DNA of 64,000 nt, taken from the NCBI GenBank assembly GCA_963662465.1, contig OY759599.1:2624001-2688000 (forward strand). The letters are read 5' to 3'. The DNA comes from Desulfatiglandales bacterium. Its GTDB lineage: Bacteria > Desulfobacterota > DSM-4660 > Desulfatiglandales > Desulfatiglandaceae. Shown here piece by piece: positions 1-6,955 of this stretch. Under the pieces are notes generated by a model that made no database searches, was not told the origin of the DNA, and saw only the letters and a program-made list of their open reading frames with translations. The first letter of the stretch is position 1. Each line of letters starts with the position of its first letter. Both the position numbers and the translations under genes were made by a program.

Positions 1-285
1 ACTGCCGTCCATTTTAACAGCCATCTCCAGATATTTTTGAGCCCGCGCCATATCCCCATATCCGTACCAGGCTGTCCCCAGATTGTAAGCAAACGATGCA
101 TCCTCCGGGCAGAGACGGTAGGCTTTCAAAAAGAGATCCACCCCTCTTTTCTTGTCCTTTTTATAGGCTTCGGCGGCCTTTTCCGCCACATCCCGGGCAA
201 CGCCGCAGGTGTCCGCCGCCTCAACGGTCCCGGCAAACAGAACCATAAGCCCGACCCCTATCAAAACAAATGTTTTCAGCGCCAT
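1..285 (-). CDS. Secreted TPR-like protein, N-terminal part (runs off the window edge)
   Basis: Manual translation, not in ORF track: MALKTFVLIGVGLMVLFAGTVEAADTCG...AYRLCPEDASFAYNLGTAWYGYGDMARAQKYLEMAVKMDGS. Signal-peptide-like N-terminus, TPR-like YNLG..A..YL.A pattern, GGAGG RBS upstream of ATG at 285. Confidence 0.7.
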   Translation of the reverse strand, partial: MALKTFVLIGVGLMVLFAGTVEAADTCGVARDVAEKAAEAYKKDKKRGVDLFLKAYRLCPEDASFAYNLGTAWYGYGDMARAQKYLEMAVKMDGS

Positions 286-464
286 CTTATCCTTTCCTCC
301 CTGTTTACAACCGTTGGTTCCGGAAGCCCCATCCTTGTTCGCATGCTCCGCGTCCCATGGGTGTGAATTTTTCACTCGTGCATCTATCACAGTGTAAACC
401 GAAAGATAAAAGATGCCGAATTAGAGTGTTTTTATTATTGTCTTTAAACCCTTGCCGGCGTATC

Positions 465-650
465 ATGACCCCCATGAAACTCGTAAAGAGCCAACGTGAG
501 CATCTGGGTAAATATTTCTTTGACCTGTCAAAAATCGTAGCCGGCATTTATGTTTTTACGGGCCTTCCGGATAAACCCGTGCTGTTTTTATTGGGACTGG
601 TCATCGCTTTGATTTTCCTGCTTGTCGGCCTCATTCTAACAAAAGGATAA
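465..650 (+). CDS. Small membrane protein (DUF6722-like)
   Basis: MTPMKLVKSQREHLGKYFFDLSKIVAG...LFLLGLVIALIFLLVGLILTKG: two hydrophobic segments and an LGKYFFDLSK motif. The upstream extension in the ORF track is probably spurious. Confidence 0.5.
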   Translation: MTPMKLVKSQREHLGKYFFDLSKIVAGIYVFTGLPDKPVLFLLGLVIALIFLLVGLILTKG

Positions 651-654
651 TCGC

Positions 655-741
655 ATGACAGTAACATTGATTCTACTGGGCGTGGCGGTCGCCGTGCTGA
701 TATGGGCATATAAAATCACTCGGGAACCTCGGTCAGACTAA
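655..741 (+). CDS. Putative 28-aa single-pass membrane peptide
   Basis: MTVTLILLGVAVAVLIWAYKITREPRSD*, starting 4 nt after the previous stop, with AAGGA RBS. Confidence 0.4.
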   Translation: MTVTLILLGVAVAVLIWAYKITREPRSD

Positions 742-931
742 CGAAATCAGCTTATCCCGGAAGAGCCCGACTCCCCACACCCTCAAAGCGGTAAAAGCCG
801 CGCAGGGACCTTCGCGAGGCCATCCAGCCCCGCTAGCGGCCCCGACACGGAACATCACTTTTTGCCCCGCCGCAGCGAGGACGGGATTTTCTCAGGGTCA
901 GCGGGCCGGCATCCGCCAAGGCCCGGTGAGC

Positions 932-1060
932 TGAAGAAAAGGCAAGCCGAAACCCGAGGTTGTTGTTCCGGTTGCCGGGCGTGTTCCTGTTGCGATTGGC
1001 CGACCGGCAGTTCCCGGCGTTGTTGTTCCAGCCACCGCCCCGGTTCACCCGGTTCGAGCC
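932..1060 (-). repeat. DGR template repeat (TR)
   Basis: 129-nt copy of the 3' end of the 2074..3189 gene (VR 2083..2211) with 13 AAY codons (reads GSNRVNRGGGWNNNAGNCRSANRNRNTPGNRNNNLGFRLAFSS). 21 of 25 mismatches to the VR fall at TR adenines. Confidence 0.95.
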
Positions 1061-1457
1061 TTCAGAGAAAACCCGTAGTCACGAAACTTCCGAACAAATC
1101 TTTTCTTGCTTGAAGTTGCCAAGCGAATTTTTCCCGGCAGCGTCTCATAAGTATTCAGTATGCGGCGAAACAAATCAAGGAGTTCTTTGTCCTTGAAGCG
1201 CCTTCCCAGATACCGCAACAGTATTTCATGGTCGATTGAGTTGAAATATTTGGCGATATCCAGCTTCAGATACCAGTCGAAGCACCGTGAAAACCCCTGG
1301 GCCCGCTCAATGGCCTTGCGTCCTCCCTTCCCTTTTCAGCAGGCGTAGGAATCGAAAATAGCATAGGCGTCAAGGGTTTCTTCGCAAACATTCATAATGG
1401 CGTGATGCACGGGACCCGTTCCCTAATTTTATGATAAAGGTTGCCGGTCCGTTTCAT
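1045..1457 (-). pseudogene. DGR reverse transcriptase remnant (deletions, frameshift, nonsense codon)
   Basis: Manual translation: MKRTGNLYHKIRERV, frameshift, then VHHAIMNVCEETLDAYAIFDSYAC*KGKGGRKAIERAQGFSRCFDWYLKLDIAKYFNSIDHEILL...NTYETLPGK fused to IRLATSSKKRFVRKFRDY. These are DGR-RT motifs; the GLPIG and YxDD regions are missing. Confidence 0.88.
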
Positions 1458-1935
1458 CCGTCTGCTTTACGCCTTCCGGGGCATTCCGATCACCGGCCAA
1501 GATCCCCAAAACCGCATTTCCGTATTTCTTCACCCGAGCCTCCCCGACGCCTGAAATTTCCTTCAGTTCCATTTTCGATGCGACCTTTTTCGTCGCCATC
1601 TCCGCCAATTGTCCGTTGGTAAAGACAATGTAGACCGGCACGGCCTCCTTCTCGGCAACCTGCTTTCGCCAGTCCCTGAGCTTTACAAAAAGGGCAAAAT
1701 CAGCGGGCGAAAGAATTTCCCGGTAATCCACCCGCTTTCTGCCCGCGTCTTTTGGCGATGTATCGCCGTCGGACATATATTCCACGGCCATGGTCCAGAA
1801 AGAGTTTTCGCCCTGGCTCACGAATTCCCGGTGTACGGTGAGGATGCGCTGTGAGCGTAAAAAGTGATTGAGTTCCATTTCCACTTCCCGGGTTGTCTTA
1901 AGCGGGATGGTGAAGAATTTATATTGTATGGTCAT
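1429..1935 (-). CDS. HRDC-domain protein, DGR accessory gene
   Basis: LFVKLRDWRKQVAEKEAVPVYIVFTNGQLAEMA...ELKEISGVGEARVKKYG is an HRDC signature. It lies between the VR and the RT and overlaps the RT start. Confidence 0.88.
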   Translation of the reverse strand: MTIQYKFFTIPLKTTREVEMELNHFLRSQRILTVHREFVSQGENSFWTMAVEYMSDGDTSPKDAGRKRVDYREILSPADFALFVKLRDWRKQVAEKEAVPVYIVFTNGQLAEMATKKVASKMELKEISGVGEARVKKYGNAVLGILAGDRNAPEGVKQTDETDRQPLS

Positions 1936-1992
1936 TGAAAACCCCTTTATGGTTCCCGGACGGGAACATGTGCAAGCTCATTTAATCACCCA

Positions 1993-2072
1993 CGCGAGCC
2001 CCCGAGATTGTGCCGATGGAATGCTTCCGGCTTCGCACGGGCATTCCAACGGCCCAATCCCCGGGGCTCGCG
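1993..2072. other. Long imperfect inverted repeat (32-bp stem, 16-nt loop) immediately downstream of the VR; candidate DGR target-recognition hairpin
   Basis: cgcgagcccccgagattgtgccgatggaatgc (1993-2024) pairs with gcattccaacggcccaatccccggggctcgcg (2041-2072) with 4 mismatches; begins 1 nt after the target stop codon. Confidence 0.75.
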
Positions 2073-2073
2073 C

Positions 2074-3189
2074 TCACTGACCTGATGAAAAGGCAAGCCG
2101 GAACCCCAGGCCGCCGCTCCGGTCGCCGGGCGTGCCCCCGCCGCGATAGGCCGACCGGCAGAGCCCGGCGAAGTCGCCCCAGCCGCCGCCCCGGTCCACC
2201 CGGTCCGAGCCCGAAGAAGGCCCTGTAGGATCAGTCACTGAACCGGAGGGATAATCGCCGTACCAGTCCTCGCACCACTCCCAGACATTGCCGTGCAGGT
2301 CATACAAGCCCCAGTTATTGGGTTGTTTCGTTCCCACACCATGGGCATATTTATCGCCAACATCCCAGGCATTTTTGTCATACCAGGCATAACTTCCGAG
2401 CTGTCCATCGCTATCCCCGAAACAAAATTGCGTGGTTGAACCGGCTCGGCAGGCGTATTCCCATTCGGCTTCCGTCGGCAAACGATATTTGTGGGTCCCC
2501 TCTTTGCCATTCAACCTCTGAATAAACGCCTTGCAATCCTCCCACGACACATAAACAGCCGGGTTGTTCGCATTTTCCTGTACATAGTCCTTGCCCGACC
2601 ATGGCCTGCTCCCCATCACCTTCTCCCACTGCCCCTGGGTCACCTCCGTGGTCTGCATGTAATACCCTTTGGTCAGGGTCACCCGGTGCTGTTTCTCATC
2701 ATTATCCCGTCCCGACTCTCCCGATGGGCTCCCCATCATGAAACTCCCCGGCGGAATATACACAAATGCCATCCCCAGGCTGTTGGTCACTTTCCCGGCG
2801 GCCACGGGCTGCACTACGACCGGTCGCACCGGCGGCGCCACCCGCACCGCCGTAAGCCCGATATCGACATTTTCGTCCTGCTCCGCCGAAAGGGTCACCC
2901 ACCGTTTTTCCGTCTCATATCCTTCCGCAGACACCTCCACATGGTATCGCCCCGGTTCCAGTTCCATCCCCTGGTAAAAGGCCGGCCCGATGTTCAAAAT
3001 CCGCACCCGCGCATTCTCGGGCATGGTCTTCACAAACAAACGGGCAGGCTTCGGCTCAGGGAGCTTCTGCTCCCACACCGGCTCGAATTTTTCAACAAAC
3101 CATGCCCGGCCGTGGGGCGTATGGAGGAAGAGGCACCCCAGGATGCAGGCAAGACTGAAAAGGGCTTTTATCTTTGATCGTTTGGTCAT
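2074..3189 (-). CDS. DGR target protein: signal peptide, PEGA-like domain, FGE-sulfatase (CLec-fold) domain
   Basis: FGE motifs F.MGS, TEVTQGQW, P.VYVSWED, RLPTEAEWEYACRAG, N.WGLYDLHGNVWEWC.DWY, RGGGW, GFRLA. Hydrophobic N-terminus. Probable start MTKRSK at 3189 (ORF track 3255). Confidence 0.92.
   Translation of the reverse strand: MTKRSKIKALFSLACILGCLFLHTPHGRAWFVEKFEPVWEQKLPEPKPARLFVKTMPENARVRILNIGPAFYQGMELEPGRYHVEVSAEGYETEKRWVTLSAEQDENVDIGLTAVRVAPPVRPVVVQPVAAGKVTNSLGMAFVYIPPGSFMMGSPSGESGRDNDEKQHRVTLTKGYYMQTTEVTQGQWEKVMGSRPWSGKDYVQENANNPAVYVSWEDCKAFIQRLNGKEGTHKYRLPTEAEWEYACRAGSTTQFCFGDSDGQLGSYAWYDKNAWDVGDKYAHGVGTKQPNNWGLYDLHGNVWEWCEDWYGDYPSGSVTDPTGPSSGSDRVDRGGGWGDFAGLCRSAYRGGGTPGDRSGGLGFRLAFSSGQ
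2083..2211 (-). repeat. DGR variable repeat (VR)
   Basis: Encodes GSDRVDRGGGWGDFAGLCRSAYRGGGTPGDRSGGLGFRLAFSS; aligns without gaps to TR 932..1060. Confidence 0.95.
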
Positions 3190-3352
3190 TTTATACTCTT
3201 CTTTTCCAAAAAAGTTCTTGAGGGACGCGGAGCGTCCTGAAAGGTTCCTAATCAAATTACCATTTAAGTGAATATTCCAGAGGGAGTCAAGGAGAATGTC
3301 AACGGTCCGGGGCCGGTAAAGAGGTATCCGTTATTGCCGGCCTCCTCCCCGT

Positions 3353-3502
3353 TTTGAACACGATTCACAGGATTTAACACGATGAACAGGATTAGAAGAC
3401 GGAGGACAAACAAGTTCCTTCAGACCCCTACACCCTTTTGTTGGCCTTATCGCGGTCAATGGCAATCCTGTCCATCATTTAATCTTTTAAATCGTGTTCA
3501 AA
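3353..3502. repeat. ~150-bp intergenic element with inverted ends (MITE/REP-like)
   Basis: tttgaacacgatt (3353-3365) and aatcgtgttcaaa (3490-3502) form a perfect 13-bp IR, extended imperfectly inwards by acaggatt/aatcctgt units. Confidence 0.5.
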
Positions 3503-3583
3503 CATTATATGCTGAGGCTGTTGGGTACTGGATTGGGGATGAACGGAGATATGAAATGAACTGGGAGTTATTTTCGGAGAATT

Positions 3584-3949
3584 ATGCAAGCAAAAAGAAA
3601 TCCGAGTAATCCGGGCCGGGCGTACCTGGACAGGCTGACTTTTCTCATCCGGCACTTCGAGAACGAGAGAAGAGAACGGTTTTATCCGTTTTACCTCATT
3701 TTCAGAGGGGAGAGAAAACATCGTCGTTTCAAAGAGGCACTGAGCATCGGAAAATATTTTCTGGACCACTTGGTCCTGAACACGGAAGATGACGCGCTTT
3801 TTTTCGAAACATTAAAAAACCAGATGGAAAAGTATCAAACCACCGATACGGATTACTGGTCTTTTGCAGAGAAAACGCCGATTCCCATGCAGGATTATCT
3901 GAAAGTGATTTATGATCTGAACATTGAAAGCCTGTCAGCAAGGCAATGA
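3584..3949 (+). CDS. Hypothetical protein
   Basis: 121-aa ORF with GGAG RBS, convergent with the next gene; no motif recognised. Confidence 0.55.
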   Translation: MQAKRNPSNPGRAYLDRLTFLIRHFENERRERFYPFYLIFRGERKHRRFKEALSIGKYFLDHLVLNTEDDALFFETLKNQMEKYQTTDTDYWSFAEKTPIPMQDYLKVIYDLNIESLSARQ

Positions 3950-3962
3950 AGAATGTGGCATA

Positions 3963-4994
3963 TTATTTCCTCCCATTTCCATCGCATCCCGGTCCCACCC
4001 AATAGCTTAACACCACCTCATTCCAGTCCGTTGCCGAATGGAGCGCCTCTAAAACCTTTTTCATGTCGCCACCCCTTGCACCGGCGTAAACCTGTTCCTC
4101 CGGGATGGGAAGAAAGGAAAAATCGATGGGTTTGCGGCTGACAATCACTTTGATGGACTCCTGGCACAATTCGTCTTCTTTCAGGGGATAAAACACCAGT
4201 TGCACATCGCCTGCCAATGCGGGCGGCGGGAACCGGAAGGTTCCCGACGGCAGGGGCTGGTCGCCCATCCTGCCGTTGGGGTAAAACAGGGAAACGGTGT
4301 AATCGGCCGCCACGCCCAGGATATACAGATGGACGCCCGGTTCCGTTTCGACGGAAATAATCGCCGGAACGCCGGGGGGATAACATGCGGGCCGTCGATC
4401 CAGCCAGGCCTTGATTTTCGGTCGGTTGAGGGATTGGGCATCCGGAGCGATGGCCTCGATACCCCGATGATAGATATTTCCCCTTTTGAGAGACGCCTGC
4501 TGTTCCCATCCCGGAGAAAGCGCCTCCCGATAAATGACCGTCCTGACCACAGTCCCATCCTTCATCCGCAGGGCCTTTATCACCAGGCGGATAGCGGGTT
4601 TTCCGCCGGAATGGGTCGGCCCGTACTCAATGGCGTATGTTCCGGTCACCACCACGTCGGCCCCGGCGTGGTCAAGGATGTTCCGGCCGCCGGACCCAAA
4701 CATCTCCATTTCATCCTGGATGACCCCCAGCTCTTTCCGGGATTTGACGACCACCCCCCGATCCGAAAGACAGGCTTCCACCCGGGTGCGAAATCGGTCG
4801 CCAAGGGCGGTGATGTCCCCCGATTTTTCTTCATGGACGGGACAAACAGCCGCGGTTTCACCCTTTCGCATTCGGTCTGCGATTTTTCCGATTTCCGTTT
4901 CGAAACCGGCCGCGAAAACAGGGGAAAGAGATGTCAAAATCACGACGACATAAAGGGCTGAAAAAAGGACGGGGATGGGTAAAGATTGTTTCAT
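3963..4994 (-). CDS. Secreted protein with FlgO-like N-terminal and DUF4384-like C-terminal domains
   Basis: Signal peptide (MKQSLP...SPVFA), GADVVVTGTY motif, and WLDR...Y.PG...HLYIL...VSLFYPN...F.FPP...ESIKVIVS pattern. AGGAG RBS before 4994. Confidence 0.65.
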   Translation of the reverse strand: MKQSLPIPVLFSALYVVVILTSLSPVFAAGFETEIGKIADRMRKGETAAVCPVHEEKSGDITALGDRFRTRVEACLSDRGVVVKSRKELGVIQDEMEMFGSGGRNILDHAGADVVVTGTYAIEYGPTHSGGKPAIRLVIKALRMKDGTVVRTVIYREALSPGWEQQASLKRGNIYHRGIEAIAPDAQSLNRPKIKAWLDRRPACYPPGVPAIISVETEPGVHLYILGVAADYTVSLFYPNGRMGDQPLPSGTFRFPPPALAGDVQLVFYPLKEDELCQESIKVIVSRKPIDFSFLPIPEEQVYAGARGGDMKKVLEALHSATDWNEVVLSYWVGPGCDGNGRK

Positions 4995-5205
4995 GGGATT
5001 CTCCTGTGTGCATCCTACCGAGGAAGCCGGGATTTGGGAAAGCTTACCCCTTTCCGATCCCCATGTCAAAAACCAACACCCTATGGCCATCTTTTTCCCG
5101 GCTGTGGGGGCCTTCAATCTCCCCGACTTTTTTCTTGATGTCAAAAACGCCTTTGTTTATTACCTGCTGTTGTCGGACCTACAAAGCACTGCACGACATC
5201 TAATT

Positions 5206-5232
5206 GTAGGGGCAGGCCCCTGTGCCTGCCCT
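5206..5232 (+). repeat. GTAG-type REP palindrome
   Basis: gtaggggcaggcccctgtgcctgccct; identical reverse copy at 28431-28457 and near-identical copy at 29772-29798. Confidence 0.8.
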
Positions 5233-5470
5233 GATGTGACCAATATGGACCATCAGGATATCAAAACCATGGTTGACTTAGGTCGCTATTTTTCCATATT
5301 CGCTCCGATAAGGTGTGATCAGTAAAAACTGTAATGAAGAGTTCCTTTCAAGAATACGGCCTGTTTTGCTTTGTATCCAAAGGTTTTATATGGTAAATAT
5401 GGTTTCACAATTTCCTGAACCGGAATGCCTAACATATCTTTGCGGGAAATATAATTTAAGGAGGCAATAG

Positions 5471-6853
5471 ATGTATTTTAAGCAAATCACAGTGCCCGGC
5501 CTTGGCTGCAATTCTTATGTCATTGGCTGCCCTGGAGCAAGGCAGGCAGTAGTTGTTGACCCCAAACGCGATGTGCAGGAGTACATGGATATATCCCGGG
5601 ACGAAGGGATGAAGATCACCCATATCATTGAAACCCATGTGCATGCCGATCATGTCAGCGGAAATCTGGAATTAAAATCCCGGACGGGCGCGGATATTTA
5701 TTTCAGTGAATATGCACCTGTGACGTTCAATTACAAAAAGCTGAAAGAAGGCGATGTGATTGAATTCGGCATGGTTAAACTCGAGATTCTCCATACGCCC
5801 GGACACACGCCCAACTCCATATCAGTTCTGGTAACGGATAAAGCCCGGGCAGATCTCCCCTGGATGATTCTTACCGGCGACCTCCTGTTTGTCGGCTCCA
5901 TAGGCCGGCCGGATCTGGCCGGGGCGGAGATTCTGGAAGAACAGATCAAAAATCTTTACGATTCCCTTTATGGAAAATTGCAGCGTCTGCCCGATTATCT
6001 GGAGGTCTTCCCGGCCCACGGCCAGGGCTCCCTTTGCGGCAAAGGACTGAGCGCCAAACTGAGCAGCACGCTGGGCTACGAACGTAAGACCCAGGCGGTT
6101 CTGAATCTTGCTGATTTTCATGAATTCCACGATCAGATTGCCGGGGCGTTTCCCGTTCGACCCAAAAGTTTTACCCATATTATCAATACCAATGCTCAGG
6201 GTGCGCCGCTCCTCGAACGATGTCCGCTGGAGCAGACGCTGAACCCTGATCAGTTCGACCGGATCCGCCGGGAGGGAGCAACCGTGATTGACACCCGGGA
6301 CACAGGCGCCTTCGGTGGATTCCATATCCCGGGCGCCATCAATATCGGGTTTGAGAAGCAGATGGCCAACTGGATCGGCATGGTAGTTGACCCTTTGGAA
6401 AACCTTCTGCTGGTGGTGGACGACCGGCAAAAATATGACCAGATGACCACTGAACTCCATCGAATCGGTTATGACAATATTTTCGGCTACCTTTCCGGCG
6501 GCATGTCGGCCTGGATTTCCCATGGAATGCCCATTGACAGCTTATCGCCGATTTCCGTCCAAGACCTTAGGCAGCAGCTGGAAAGGCGGGATTTCAGCCA
6601 TATTGTGGATGTGCGGACCCCGGAGGAAAGGGCACAGTACCATATTGAGGACGCGATCCATGTACCGATGAGCGATATCCTGGCCAACGGCCTCCATATT
6701 CCGAAAGACGAGGAAGTAATTCTTGTCTGCGGCACCGGTTACCGGTCCAATATTGTGGCCAGCAGGCTCAAGCAGGATGGATTCAGCCATGTCCACAGCC
6801 TGGCCGGGGGACTTACCGCCTGGCAGAATGCGGGCTACGGTGTTGCAGCGTGA
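5471..6853 (+). CDS. MBL-fold persulfide dioxygenase-rhodanese fusion (CstB/Blh-like)
   Basis: ETHVHADHVSG, HTPGHT, TGDLLF, GRPDL, PAHGQGS.CG motifs, followed by two rhodanese domains; the last has active-site CGTGYRS. Confidence 0.88.
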   Translation: MYFKQITVPGLGCNSYVIGCPGARQAVVVDPKRDVQEYMDISRDEGMKITHIIETHVHADHVSGNLELKSRTGADIYFSEYAPVTFNYKKLKEGDVIEFGMVKLEILHTPGHTPNSISVLVTDKARADLPWMILTGDLLFVGSIGRPDLAGAEILEEQIKNLYDSLYGKLQRLPDYLEVFPAHGQGSLCGKGLSAKLSSTLGYERKTQAVLNLADFHEFHDQIAGAFPVRPKSFTHIINTNAQGAPLLERCPLEQTLNPDQFDRIRREGATVIDTRDTGAFGGFHIPGAINIGFEKQMANWIGMVVDPLENLLLVVDDRQKYDQMTTELHRIGYDNIFGYLSGGMSAWISHGMPIDSLSPISVQDLRQQLERRDFSHIVDVRTPEERAQYHIEDAIHVPMSDILANGLHIPKDEEVILVCGTGYRSNIVASRLKQDGFSHVHSLAGGLTAWQNAGYGVAA

Positions 6854-6955
6854 ACCTGGATAGTTAAACTGAAAAACCCGGTTTCCGTAACAGCTTTTAT
6901 CACACTAATCTTTGCGAACTTGATTATTGATTTTCGAGATTGGAATCAGCCGAGA

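Noticed and set aside
833..1048. 71-aa Asn-rich ORF MNRGGGWNNNAGNC...
   Set aside because: It is the DGR template repeat read in the VR frame and has no convincing RBS; treated as non-coding TR.
1335..1339. In-frame TGA in the RT as selenocysteine or programmed readthrough
   Set aside because: It occupies a normally Arg position (CGA>TGA), and the gene has further deletions and a frameshift.
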